A stretch of 61,187 bases of DNA. Source: Bigelowiella natans CCMP2755. Taxonomy: Eukaryota > Protista > Cercozoa. Made by a program: the position numbers and the translations under genes. The notes under the pieces were generated by a model. That model did no database searches, was not told where the DNA came from, and worked only from the letters and a program-made list of their open reading frames with translations. Positions 11,662 to 25,745 of this stretch are shown here, piece by piece (position 1 is the stretch's first letter; each line of letters begins with the position of its first letter). The DNA is taken from the NCBI GenBank assembly GCA_000320545.1, contig ADNK01003228.1:1-61187 (forward strand), in the 5' to 3' direction.

Positions 11662-13705
11662 CAATCAGGCCGATGAGAGACGACAATTTAGTCACAGATG
11701 CTTGGTTTTGTATGTGCTTGTGTGTGCGTTTGAATGGGCACGCGTGTTGTAAATGGATGTCTTAAAGCGAGCGAGTGAAAAGTGAGTGGAATATGTGCGC
11801 TGGGAAGCATGACCCATCTTTGGTTATTGGTGAATTGGTAGGAACGATTTCGAGACGAATATGGTGTACCAGTATGTTTGCTCATCATTATCATCATCAT
11901 CATCACATAGTGTACTACCAAAGGAAGTAAGAGAATATAGCAATCATCGTCGATTTTGCCGAGAAGAAACTGAGTTTCCTCAGGAATTAGATCCTCCACA
12001 TCCTCACTGCTCTTACCTTTCGAAAGAATATGAAAGCACATTTCCTGAAACAAAAACCTGACATTCTCTCTCCTATTGTCATGATTTGTCATAATCCTCG
12101 CACAGCTATTGTGTTTCAATTGTGCTCTCAATATATTATGTTCTAGTCGCCGAGCATGCAGGTTCAACAAGAACAACAACTACAACAACTATAACTACTA
12201 CAACTACTTAAATCTGTACCGTTGCCAACCTTCGGTACCATCCACCACAGCTTTTGCCGGGACAAAGCCATCCATCTTTGCACGTTCAACGCTCCTAAAT
12301 CGATGCTCATCTGGCTGTTTTTTACTGCAAACATTAAGGTTATCATTAACACAACTCAACCGTGCTAATAATCGAAGGTGAGAGTTCCAACATACTTGGC
12401 AGCGTGAAAGTTTATTTTTAAAAAAAATCATCAGTATGCGTACATGCATCCCCCGCAACACGCAGCAGCCAATCGAACAACAGTGAATTACTTTCTTTTC
12501 CTCCAAGAACCAAGTCATAGTTCCCCTCTAATTCAGGATAGAGCGAATTTGAGAATACGTCTTTGTTGAAAGAAAGGACTGGTTCCGCTCTTCCCTCGAC
12601 GTAGAGAGCAGAGCCTTCCTTCCTGCCATCCACCCCTTCTGCGCCAATTGCCAACTGCAGCTTTAAGGCTGATGAGGACAATGACGGCGACAATGACGAG
12701 GAGGAAGAAGAGGAATCGGTGGTATCAGCACCAACTGATTGATGCTGAAGAAACTCAGCGGCCCTATACTTACGAACAGAGCGTTGGAGCTGTTGAACCC
12801 GCAGGAAGAGCAGCTTAACACCACTTGAAATGTCCGCGGTACTACCTTTTACCTTGCCCCATTGCTTCCACCATTCAATTCCTTCCTCTTCCACGCCATC
12901 AAAATTGTGGGCTTTCAATATGCTAGCTCCTATCAGCGCTTCTGCCTCCTCAAATAGCAAAACCAAACGCTCCTCCAGTGCATGAATGACGCTCGCGTCG
13001 GCTCTCTGCAATATTGAACGGATGTGTGAGTGCTGACGAGATTCATAATTTTGTTGTCTATGATCGTTATAATAGTGATAACTTTAGAAGGAAGTGTACA
13101 CAGTTGTCGATAACCTGCCCCAAGCTTATCTGTATGTTTACTAAGTCTCCTAGCTGCGATGTCCTGAGAAGGAGATCTTCGGATGCATCGTACTCTCCTT
13201 TTCTACTGTTGGCAGAATTTTCTGTTGAGAGGAACTTGCCGATGGCTTCTGGGCTTATAACCCTTATTGCATGTGTACAAAGCAGGCCAGGGCTTATATT
13301 TCTAACCCCAAACTTCGTAGTGTGGCCATTGTTTCCCTTCAACCTAAAAGTTTTGAGGTGTCATAGAGAAGTGTGTCATAGTAGTATCTCATTTTGGAAA
13401 GTGGGAATTTACTCGTCGATCGATGGTGTTCTCCTTAGCTTAGCCAGGTCTTGGAAGGTTGGAAAACTCGCAGCAGACTGGCCAATCCGATTCGAAGTGC
13501 CTGGAATACGGTTGAGCGACGTGCCAAGCGACGGGACATGATTCTTCTGGTCTCGATGTCTATCTAGCGATAAGAAGGACCAAAAAACCAGCCCAAGTAG
13601 ACAGGTCTTAAATGTTAAAAGTTTGCACCACCTCCTTCTCCCCCCTAACAGGGCCTTCCACTCTCTTTTCAGAGGCAAAAGGGGTGGGGGTGACCCCACA
13701 CTCAT
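8943..13705 (-). CDS. Raffinose synthase / seed-imbibition protein Sip1 family (GH36 alkaline alpha-galactosidase-like), multi-exon; start approximate
   Basis: Family motifs KLWWMVP, FGWCTWDAFY, IILDDGWQ, YVYCWHALLGYY, DGVKVDAQ (nucleophile), RASDDFYP (acid/base), PDWDCFQSLHP, GGCPIYVSD and LKVWNRN. Confidence 0.93.
10615..10702. repeat. Compound (CA)n/(TA)n intronic microsatellite
   Basis: Directly visible. Confidence 0.9.
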
Positions 13706-14944
13706 CGGGTGTTTATCTCTCCTCCTATCTTCAATCTGCGACAACAAACTAAAGGTTGTCGTCTTATTGTCTAGCTCGCTTGTTCATTCATCTGATGAAA
13801 CTGCAACCTGCGACATGAAATTGGGGTTGTCGCCTTCCAAAATTCAATGTTTAATTTGAGGAGACATTGCCTCGTGCTGAGCTTTGTGCTCTCCTGGAGT
13901 CCTCGCACGTGGATGGCGCATTCGAAACGAACCCTCAATTTCCGTGGTGGTCTTGCTGATACTGATTGAGGAGAGTGTGGAAGAGTTCGCACAACCCATA
14001 ATCCTTTCAGCTTCACCATTGGAATCACTCACTCACCCACCCACTCGATCACTCTAGCACTCACCACAATTGTCCAAACTCACAAGCCAGCCCATGGCGC
14101 AGCTAGCCAACTAGCCAGCAAGGCTGCACAGGAAGGGCCACCTAGCCATGCATTGCATGCTAGCCTTAGCATAGCCGAGTCGTTCATTCAGTGATCCGTT
14201 TGTTCATTCTAATGACCCTTTCAGCTGCACCATTGATGATCCTTCTAGCCTTCTGCGCACGACTGCTAGACTGTGCGCACGCCTGGCACGCCATGCTAGC
14301 ATGCAGCACGCGCGTGTGACTACACGCGCAGAACAAGCACGCATCACAGCGGGCACTCCAGCACTCGCATGTACGTGAACAGACCAGAGACACGCACAAG
14401 CGCCAGAGCGTGCATGATGTCGAGCAAATGCTGGCATGCTAGCATGTAGCATGGCTAGATGGCCATCTAGCTGTGCATCACTGCTGTCTCACTAGCTCAG
14501 ATCTGGAGACATCAGCAGGTGCAGAGCAATGTGATGTGATAGAAGGGAGAGCTAGAGAGCATTTCTAAACGTGTCTAGATCTAGATGTGCGTTGAATACT
14601 TGCCAATTTTGGATATGCGTCGCACACATGCTCTAGTGCTGCGTACGAGTAGATCGTTGTAACATCATCGTTAGATCTCGTTGGATCCTAATGCGCAGGT
14701 TTAGAATCCAAATTGCTGCATGAAAAAGAATGCAATGCGCTTATCAATCAGACAGTGTCATCAAGTTGTAAATTAAAGCTGAGAACAAGAATGCACTATG
14801 ATGTAAACAAATGGATTTCGTAAGGGGCGAAATAATAAGAGTAAGAGGTGCGTTCTCCTTTTTTCTGTACTATCTTCAAATAGAGGGAGGAAGAGATCCA
14901 CATATAGTCCAACTATGATTGCTTCGTCTTCTTCTCATTTGCTC

Positions 14945-15852
14945 CTATCTTGGTAGATCTTTCTTCCATTCTGGATCATCGTACTCATCGTAATTGCCCA
15001 TTCTCAGATCCATATTAATCCATTCTCTCTGATTACGTTTGTCGTAGTGTGGAAAATGCTTGTAAAGTACGCCATCTCCATCTGCGTCATCAATGTCATC
15101 ATCGCTTTCATCCATGTCATCAGTCCAATGAGGTTCTTCGGCGTTTGCTACACGCTTCCGACGTTCAAGGTCTTGCTTTCGTTCGTACATGAGTTTTCCG
15201 GGCGGATTTTTCCTCTCCTTCTCCAGTAAATCTTCTTCTATCCTATCTAAGATCCACTCATCGTCTTCCCTAGCGAAAGCACTCACTTCTGCGCGGTATG
15301 CTTCATTTTTCCTGTGAATTTCATCAAGTTTCCTTTCCAAACCGCTTGGGCCCCCCATCTCTCTGATTTCATCCCATGTAAATACGTTACATGTTTCAAG
15401 AGGGTTGTCGTTGAGCTTCTTGAGGAAACTCTTAATCCGCTCACTTCTTTCGTTCCACTTGTCTAGCACCCTGGAAGACTCGATTTCCTGTCTTCTCTCC
15501 TCGAAAAGTGGCAACACGAGCTTATTCCACTTTTTTTCCCATTTCTCATCATTTGAAGGGCCAAAAGTCCATGCTGTTTCCTCATCAGTAGCAAGTCTCG
15601 GAATCTCCCTGATATCATGTAGTTCATAATCATCTTCTCGGAGCTCTTTGCCAATTTCTTTGAAAGAAACCGTAGAGCCGGGGATACCACGTGGAATATC
15701 ACGCTTTGGTCGGAAAGTTGTATTACGATACTTTTGTCGCTCGAATCGATATTTGCGCTGCATCTGTTGAAACCTAGGTAATAATGCCATCATGGAATAT
15801 ATGAAGCATCAGTGAAAACTATTTACCCCATCACCAGTATCATTTAGTGTAG

Positions 15853-15888
<36 letters not shown>

Positions 15889-17681
15889 TAGTAATGGAGT
15901 GAATTTATACTCGTGTCATCATCATCATCATCATTGTCATCATCATCATCCTTACATGTCATCAGCCATCTCCCATGTTGGTAACACTGCTTCCACTTCG
16001 TCCATTAATGCTTTCTCGGGGTGCGGCTGTGGGCCTATATCTGTTTCGATATCACCCTCCACCACTCTATCGTTCATGGCTTCAAACGCATCGATTTTGG
16101 CCAACTCCGGCTGTTGATGTCGTTATATGCAACATATGCAACAAAAATACACAAACGATTAAAGGGAACGAATACTGAAAATGAAACACATCATCAAGAA
16201 GGGCGGAGGGAAAGCTACTGCTTCTACTATTTCTCATTAAGTACCTGGCGGCCACGTTCTCCAATTAAATGCTTGACAGAATCCTCGGTTTCAAGAAGAG
16301 AAAATTCGTCATCTTTGAGCGTTACTCGTTCAACATCATTCGGATCATCTTCGACGTAATTTGGGTTGTCTATATCCCGTTCCTCTACTATGTCTTTCCA
16401 TATGAGCTTATTGTCTCTGTGCAGCATTCCAACGAGCTGGCCTATAGTAATCGGTAAAGTTGAAAATTCAAATTTATTTTAAGTAGTGGGGGGGAGGGGG
16501 GGGAGAAAACGCGCAGGGTCACGATGCGCCCCATCTTCAAACTGCTGCATTTCCACGGAAAAGTCTATTAGAAAGTAGCAAGGATGGTAAAACGCTGGTA
16601 ATTACTGTCTGTATAATCCCCATTGAACAGCCTATCTGCTTCGGAGTACAATTCCTCAGGTAGCTAAGCATATTATGTTGGAACAGTAAATAAGACCTCG
16701 TATTGACGTAATCAACATGCATTAAAGTTATACAGTACAACACCATTGCTAACGATTCCACGATGCACTTCTCACGTAAACAAACAATACGGCCACAATA
16801 TTAATTTCAACTAGTTTTTCAATCAATTGTCTGCGAGAATGGCGATGATAGTATTACATCAGTCGAGTAGTAGAAAGGAGCTTCTTTCGTGTGGCGATGC
16901 AGATATTGCACGTGTGTTTCATTTGCAACGACTGCTTCAGACCTAATATTCGTATTATTATTTACATTCTCGGTGAGGGGGGTAACTCTTAACTGTAGAT
17001 TAATCGATGGATCAATCGATTTATCATCCCTCCCCCTCCCCCTCTCTCTTTTACTGTATGTGTTTGTGTTCGTGATGTGTTTCAAAATATGCATCTGTGT
17101 TGTAATGCATGCATGGAGGGCGTCATGACAATCGTCTTCGACACAGTTTTTTAGTAAAACAATCATCTGATTAGGATGATGATGTAGCACCGACCAAAGG
17201 GTATTAGATCCATAGAATTGAATGGTTCCCCTTGCTTCTGCTCCAGCAGCATCGTCCGCATCTGGCCCTGGTAGTGAAGATAATATGTGTGCATATGCGC
17301 GTGCTTGCAGGTATGCGTGCATATGCATGCGTGTGCGTGTGTCTGTGCGTGCGTGCGGTTGTGTGAAGAACACAATGGAAACTCAAAAAAATATGATAAA
17401 AATATATAATCACAGTATAATCTTAGGAATACTCGTATGATATCCTCCTGATATCCAACCCTTCCCCAAACAGCTGCTTCCACCATTACTACATTTACTA
17501 CTACTACTCCTTGTTTAAGTTACCTGGATTAGATGGCTTTCGTGCGTTCCGTTCTTCGATAGATCCTTCCATAAGCATTTCACTCCATGCCCCATGTTCT
17601 CTGCTGTATTCAAACCTGTACGACGAACCTTCCACCTGCGCCTTCTCGACATGCTTTTCCACCTGGTATGAATATAATATT

Positions 17682-17747
<66 letters not shown>

Positions 17748-17922
17748 TTGAGTGTTAAAGAGGAAAAGCAAACATAGGTGTTTCCATCACAGGATGATCG
17801 ATAACACGGTCTTCTCAGCTTCTCGCACGCTCGCAGAACAAAGCAACAATTCACAAAAATAGACGACCAGCGCCCACATTATGGATGATCCTACACTATC
17901 GCCGCTAGTATAAGTAGTAGTG

Positions 17923-17956
<34 letters not shown>

Positions 17957-20889
17957 AAGTAGCTGTAGTTGGTAGTATCATCAAAGTAGCTAAGTATCCG
18001 CGCAAGCAGTACTACCATATATACACATATACATATTGGTTTTTGTGTAATAAGACTGCTGCACACCTGATTTGTTGCTTCTCCTAAAATCTGGGACAAT
18101 GCAGATATCCTTTTCTTCTCCAATATTTCAAGGTCTTGTTGCTCTTCCTCCTTGCTCCCATCATCATCATCATCATTATTGTTATCATCACCATATCCAT
18201 CTGGTGACGATGCTGCCATTCCAAAGAGGCTAGGCGTCTCAACTACCCTCAAAGATACCAACGGTGCTGGGAAGTATCCTGCAATCTCACTAAATCTTGC
18301 CGATGAAGGATACTCCCTGTCTCCTGTGACTTTGCGCCACTGGAAATCTCCTTTCATAATCACTAAATCCGAGAACTGCAAGGTTTCGAGCAAATCTTGG
18401 GGTAGATCATAGTCGAAGTATGGCGTGGGAGTCGATAGGAAGGAGGATTCCATCACCTCCAACTTCTTGCTGTTCAGTAGACGGTCTACGTTAATTCCGA
18501 AGTCATATAGGTCATTTATCCTCTCTCGATGAGGTTCGTTATACTTCACTAAAGCATCGAGCAAGATTTCTAAGTCCCCAGCCCATGCTTGCAAAGCCAC
18601 AGGTCTGTCTCTCATCACAAGGACCACGTTATTCACGATGAAGCTGTCCAGCAACCATGTCGCAAGCACCAAATCACTGAGCAACTCGAACCCAGAATTT
18701 CCTGTCACGATCGCTATCTTCCCCCTCCCAGGGCAGCTAGCGTTCTGCGTAATGGCAGACATGTACTCATATACATGCTTGGTCTCATCAATGATCATCT
18801 CCTTTCCTGGAGCAGCAACCCCGAAGGCAGTATCGATGGAAGGACCATATTTGATCGTATCAGCGCCCGATGCCCACGTAGAAGCATGTAAAAACTCTCG
18901 AAAATTCTCTAAGTTCCATGCCCCCACTTTCTCTGATTTCATTTTGATGAGCTTATGAATGTTTTGGGCTGATTTGCGAACGATTCGATATTTTTCGCTG
19001 AGCATGTAGTCTCTACCCGTGGTCGGCACACCTGCGATTTCCGTGACTCTCCGGTAGGCGTATGCTTCGGAGAAAAGTGCAGGTAGTTCAGGCCATATAG
19101 CAGGAGTTGTGGAGTCGGGCTCAATGATTGCTTGGTTATAATCATCCACAAGTTTAAACATCTCGTCCCAATTCTTGTTTAGCAATGCTGCATCGGCCCT
19201 TAGCTCGAAGGGTCTGATTGGAGGGTAAAGACGAACATTGCCCTTCAAACTGGCAAAGTCGTTTAGAACCTTGTTGTACACATCAGCATCGGGATTTCCT
19301 AGCTGTGAATCTAGCGTGTAGTTTTCAGAGACGCCACCGAACTGAAGGAGCTCCTTTCTAAGATGCGCCAACCTTTTCTTCTGCGAGTCGCTAAGCTGCG
19401 GGTACTCCTCGCTGTCACCACTGTGATGATCCCATTCGTCTTCCTGGATTATCATTTCTATGTATCTCGGAATGTCAACTTGTAGCGCTTTTTGGGCAGC
19501 AAGATCTTGCGAGAATCGAATCATTGGTAAGTGAATTGTTGTGAGGGTCTGGTTGCTGAATCGTAAGGTATCATGGTCACGTGTAACCATTGGAGCAGAA
19601 GATGAGGAAGAAGAATCGTAACTGTTTTCCCAAATTTTAGAGAGATTCGAGAGAGTTGACGGTGGCTGGTTTCTGTCAAATTCCTGCCATTCATCTTCTT
19701 GATCAAGTTCGTTTAGAGCATCCTCTTCTGTAAATGGAATCAATTTGTGCTCTTCGCCTGGACGATTTTGTTCAATCCGAAACGCCATAACATTATTGTC
19801 CCTATCCCAATCATAGTCTCTATCGTCATTGGCTTTGTACATAAGTTCATTAATATCTGAGAATTCATCAATTTCCTCAAGTATTTCCACAGGTCCTGCG
19901 ACGCCGGGGGCTTCTGAATGATCGGCAATGGCACGAAGCTGAGATGTGTTTCGAATCTCGAATCTAATGCGCTTCTCCTCCTCTTCCGTAAAGCTGAGCA
20001 CGTAATAGACGATAGCATACTCTTTACCAGGTTCAATGATTTCTTGTACAGTACCAGGCCACCATTCACCATCGCTACGTAAGGCGATCACACCTTGGCC
20101 CACCGTGTAGTTACCATGATCTTCATCTTTAGGTACAAGCGGCGGCCTCATATAAAGACTTTGGGCAAATATATCTGTGCCTCCACGTTGTTTTAATGCC
20201 TCCCATTCCCCTTGCTCAGGTTCAGTCGTCTTCTCTCTTTTCGTAAGTTGTTCAGTGTATGCATTAGATTTCGCAAGCCTGTTCTTAATCCTATCATTAA
20301 GGTCTGATTCTGTCCACCAGTTTTCCTCGTATGTCTTGCCCATATCCCAGAAATCATCAGGAAGGTGGCCATAATCCGTATCGTCAGTTCTCTCATCGGC
20401 TCGATCGTGCCAGTCGGCATCCTCATCAGGATCTTCTTCGTTATCATCGCTGTAGGTTTGCTTTTCTTTGGCATGTACTATCGAACGATGGTCCAATTCA
20501 TGTCGACGTTTTCCATTTACATCTTGGAAAGAACTTCTGGAGGGTAAAGAAGAACCTTCGGGCTTCGAGAATCCATTTCTTTCAAATAATGAACTAAACA
20601 CTCGATATTGCCCCAGGTCATGTCTACGATATTAGAATTTCGGATTTAGAGATTTTATAATTAAAAATTTCATAGCGTTCTACCGATTTCTACGTGAATA
20701 TGGCGTCCAGGTCCTAGCATTCCTACCCAAGGATCGAAGAGTTTGCCGAGGCTGGGAGGAGGAAGGAGTCTTGAAGGCGGGATTTTGTGCAATGCTACTG
20801 CTCAAGTGACCAGGCCAAGTAGCGGTAATTGCGCACCCAAATGCAAGAACTAAGCCCGCAGACAAGAATTGGCCCTTGACCTTGGCCAT
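14945..20889 (-). CDS. Large acidic protein: bipartite-leader-like N-terminus, Tudor-like domain, divergent DUF89/ARMT1-like damage-control phosphatase domain and long acidic C-terminus (multi-exon, with one ~2.5-kb exon)
   Basis: Leader MAKVKGQFLSAGLVLAFGCAITATW... splices in phase into ORF 17905-20601. Tudor-like YTVGQGVIALRSDGEWWPGTVQEI; DUF89-like FSEAYAYRR, GNSGFELLSDLVLA, DLVIMKGDFQWRKVTGD, PLVSLR. Joining the downstream exons to 14945 is inferred. Confidence 0.72.
17687..17747. repeat. (TA)n(GA)n intronic microsatellite
   Basis: Directly visible. Confidence 0.9.
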
Positions 20890-21803
20890 CGGCACCCTCT
20901 AGTAAAACAACGATGACATTAGAGCAAAATCATATTCCTTCTTTGTGGTCTATTTTACGATTTGGACACGATTTTCTCGTGTAATAACTTCTGTGGATGT
21001 GATAATAAATTATTACTGGCTCCAAAAGTGCTGCTTCACCTTTTAGGACCGCTTGCACGTGAGAAGAGTACAATCTTCGTATGGGGGGTGGTTTGATTTG
21101 TACCACTCCACAGTAATTGCCAAGGTGGACCTATCTTTGCACTACGACAATTAGAATATTATGTCGCTTTTCAAAAACGCTCTACTATGATAATTTCTTG
21201 AGGCCACGGTGCTACAGTACTCTGAGTGGAAGAGCTAGTTTCAGATCTGTAATATTGTGAATGTGATCCAGAGGCTTAAAATGCAGATTGTATCTCGCAA
21301 AGATTGGTAAATATTCTTGTCTCTCTAATAAAAATAAATACGAATGCATGTGCCTGTATTAACAAACCCAGAAATTAAAAAAACATTTATCCCTCAAGCT
21401 ATCATATCAAACACCTAAGACACAACAATCTATGGATTCTATGAATGGACTATTGATTGAGAAGACTGCAACCTATTGAGCTCACGATGTTCATGGTGTA
21501 GAAATCTGCCCAACAGAAAATATATACACCGATAAATTAAGATCTCCAAAAGAATAAGTTCTTGTTCGATTAAAAATCGCATAAAAGCGAAATTGTTTCG
21601 CGGAAAATTGAGACACCATGCTGATTTCCTTCTTTTGATAATTATTGGATGTCTAAATAGACTAAATTTCAATTGTGCGACATAAATTTGTACAAGTCTC
21701 TCTTGCTAAATTCATCGACATTTAGCTCGGCTCCGCCACTCCACAATCTGGAAAAAAGGATCCTGGACTTCTCTCCCGCCCCGGGCCCCCCTCAAAGAGC
21801 ACC

Positions 21804-24243
21804 ATGAAAGTTGCCACGCCGATGATTAGCTGGCATGCTAGAGATCCCGTTCTCTCCGTTGATACTCATCCATTGAACAATAAAATCGCCACAGCCGGTG
21901 CAGACAAATTTGTGAGGGTAAATACATCATAATTGTGTTGCGTGGATACCGTTCTCTGAAAGCTTATTTCTAACCTCTCCCTTTCGCTTCAGATTTGGAA
22001 GTTGAAAGATAACTCGAGCGAAGACGAAAAGGGTGAGCTCAACGTTAAGATCCTTGCGAATCTTAAATACCACTCAGCGGGCGTGAACATTGTGAGATTC
22101 TCTCCAGATGGTACCAATGATTTCATTTATTCATGGCCATCCATCCTCATTAATAACGAACAATTCATTTGCTAGGGAAGTATCTTGCTTCAGCTGGAGA
22201 CGACGGTATGATATTTGTGTATCAAGTCTCGCACGAAGTGGAGGAATCGGTGTCATTTGGAGAAGAAAAGCAGGAAAATGCTGAAAACTGGGTTCGAGTC
22301 AAAACTCTCAGGTGAAGAGATTTTCCTCTCATAATGATATCTTGCCAATTTTCGAATTTTTGAGAATTAATGATCCTTCAGGGGACATCTCGGAGATGTT
22401 TATTCACTGTGTTGGTCTCCAGATTCGAAAGGTTTGCACAACATTCTACCAAAAAAGTACAGCTTTTACAGGATGCTCTCTACTTAATAGGATTGTTTAC
22501 TGGCTCTGTCGATAATAAGTGTATCCTGTGGGACGTTGAAAAAGGTAAAAGCTGATATTTTTATGGATCCGATGATGCAATAAAAATGATTATCGGAAAC
22601 TTACGATTCAGGCAAACCAGTGCAGTATTTCAGTGACCACAGCAGCTATGTACAGGGTGTTGCATGGGATCCATTATCCCACATGCTCGTGAGTCAAAGT
22701 GCTGACAGGTCGTCTTTAGAACCACGAAAGATGTTAATGAGTACTATAACGATTGTTATGAGAAAAAGAAGATGCATAATATTGAGAATACCTCCAAAGC
22801 AACAAAAAATCGCCTGTGAGCACGGTCGCTGTCCCAGAATCTCTACGAATAAGCGATTCCATTCAACCCAAATATATCGATCGTGCGAAAGTGACAAATA
22901 AAAAATGGTCTGACTCAATTTTGCTCGTTTGTAGGAGCTGCCGCGTCTATTCTGCAAGGAAAACGAAGAGGAATAAGAATAGCAAGCAGTATCGCTTAGC
23001 TACGGTAAGGATTCCTTCTCTTCACAATCTGTGTTTGTTATACTTATATTCGATAATTCACCCACAGACTATTAAAAGGCGCCTCTTTGAGGATGTATCC
23101 TCTAAAACGGAAAATCAGGCTCAGAACGCAAATTACGCTACGGCCTCTGAGAGTGCTGAACACGCGGCATCATCTGCCAAAAAAACACCAACTGGCCATA
23201 ATCTCTTTTGTGACGAAACAGTCCAAACGTAAACCACAAAAATAAAACTATTGAAGATTATCTATTGAGCGCAGATCCATATACGCCCTTACGATGTAGA
23301 AAATACCCTGTTCATATGATTGCTGTCGTATCGTTCACGCCGCCGTCACTACAACCACAGTTTCTTTCGTCGGCTTGCATTTTCTCCAGACGGAACGCTT
23401 CTGGCAGCTCCTACAGGTACAACATATACTGAAATATGCTCACTGACCTCCACATTTAATGAAGAAATTCGATATAATTATTTGATACAGTCATGCGGTC
23501 TGCTCTCTCCCCCCCCCCCCCCCCCCTTCTTAATTTCCACGCGCACGTACACAGACTTATGTGTGTGCGTTTGGATGTATACCTTTTATATTTATATGTA
23601 AACAAGGTTTTATGGAGTTAGATCACATAATTTCGAGACCTCTAATTTTCTCTCGTTCACAACATCGATAGGAAACTTGCTTCTGCTGGAAGAAAACTTG
23701 AAGAAAAATACTGCTACGACAGGATCAAAGGCTGGGAATATTCATACTCTGCACATTTTCCATCGTGATTCTCTGAAGAAGTAATTAGAAAATACTACTT
23801 ACAAATAGTACCAAGAGAGTACTGCTGAGGATGAAATGGAGATATTTCACTATATAATGGTGATGTTGCGTTGGTATTATATTAATTCTTGAACATTGTT
23901 GCCTTCCTTTGCTATTCCAGGCCGGCCTTCTACTTTCCCTTCGAGTATGCAACTTGCGTAGTACAATTCAGCCCAATGATTTACAAAAAAAGGAGGAGCC
24001 AGAAACGACAAGGTGAATGCCGTTCTGTTTCTAAAAGCAGTACCACCCTGTATTATCACCTTAAAGTGATTGATATGAAATGCTGGATGCCACCTCTAGG
24101 TTGTGAAGACAAGGACAATGAGCACAACGATAATGATAATGATACTGGGGATGAATGGACAAATTTTCCATACAGGATGGTTTTTGCTGTTGCTTCCCTG
24201 AAGAGGTACCACTTGAAGCATGTTAATATCGCTCCCACGGTTG

Positions 24244-24284
<41 letters not shown>

Positions 24285-25745
24285 CTGCCTTTAGTTGTGC
24301 TGCTACTACTGTCTTTCGATCCATCATCATAATCTATTTTATGGATTTAGGGTGGCATTTTTTGACACGGAATCTCGACATCCATTCTCTGTTATAGAAA
24401 ATTTACACTACGCTACAATTACGGATCTGTCTTGGTAATGAACATTTCATGTTTAGATAAACTGTTTCGTATTATCGATATTGTAACTTTTGCTCTTTTG
24501 TTGTCATCATCATCATCATCATCATCATCATACATGTTATCATCACATTTGCAGTAGTAATAATATTATTCGTTGCTTTTTGTTTGCTAGGTCCTCAGAT
24601 GGGCGTACGCTTGTCGTATCATCCCAAGATGGCTATTGCAGTGTAGTCAAGTTTGAAGAAGGCCAGCTCGGTGAAATTCTCGATGAAAAAGGTGTTGTTC
24701 GTGCAACTTAGCAGTGGGTGATGGTGAGAAAGGATAATGATGACGATAATAATAATAATAATAATAATATTAAGAATAATAATAAAGGACATCGAGTAGA
24801 GCAAAATGATCGACATTATTGTGGAAACTTATTCATTACCTATCGACCGATTTAGATTACGAGAAGCACTTTGCAAAAGTGATCAAGGCAAGGAGAGGAT
24901 ATGATGCTTCTTCTGATCATGCGATAAATGGAGGAGGGAAGGGATCTGAAGAAGTATCCACTCCCAAGGCAGCAGCGGGGGCTTCTACGGCTAATATAAC
25001 CGTTCTCCATTCAAAATCAAAATTCCCTCACACCCCTCCTACCAACGACGTTGTTCAAGGATCAACCGCCAAGAAACAGAAAGTTTCTCATCATCGGCAG
25101 CGCCATCTCACGCCCTTACCTATCAGCAACCAAAGTGCTGATATAAATGGCAATCACAGCGCTAGTAGTGGCGACGATGGAAGTAGCAGTGGGATGGGCA
25201 GAAGCAAAATGAATGTTGACGACGACGTTAAAGTACTACAACCAATGCAGATTCAACCTAGAAGAAAGATCAGGCCCATAGTTGTCGTTGACCCATCATC
25301 ATCATCATCCACAACTGCAGCAGCCTCTACGACAGAGACGGAGACAGGTAAATGATAATGATACTCGCAATACTAATTGGGGGGTGGGTGGGTAAAAAGG
25401 AAACCGATCAGCTGAAATTTATTTATCACATTTCATTATACAGTTTCAGATGAACAAGAACTGCCCTCATCGGCGCTTCCAGAGAGTTCTCTGGAGGGAG
25501 GAAGCGCAAAAGACAGCAAGATTAGTTGCGATACAGTACCAGAAGCAGAAACACCACTCACTTCAGATGGGAAGAATGAATCTGCTGACGCTGGTACTAT
25601 TGTTGATGAGAGCCAAAAGGCAGGCGACGAGTCTTCGTGTAGCAATAGAGAAAGAAATAGTAGCAGTGAGGATGCAGAGCGCCCTTCGGCTAAAAAAAAG
25701 ATCAAGCCAATCCTGCTTCTCAACGACAATGATAATGTTGCATGA
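21804..25745 (+). CDS. CHAF1B: Chromatin assembly factor 1 subunit B (p60/Cac2/FAS2), WD40 protein, multi-exon
   Basis: [115 protein letters not shown]. C-terminal B-domain-like motifs. Confidence 0.93.

Noticed and set aside
14050-14700. CTAG-rich tracts as telomeric repeats, a satellite or a CRISPR array
   Set aside because: There is no fixed repeat unit or repeat-spacer periodicity, and the context is eukaryotic intergenic DNA.
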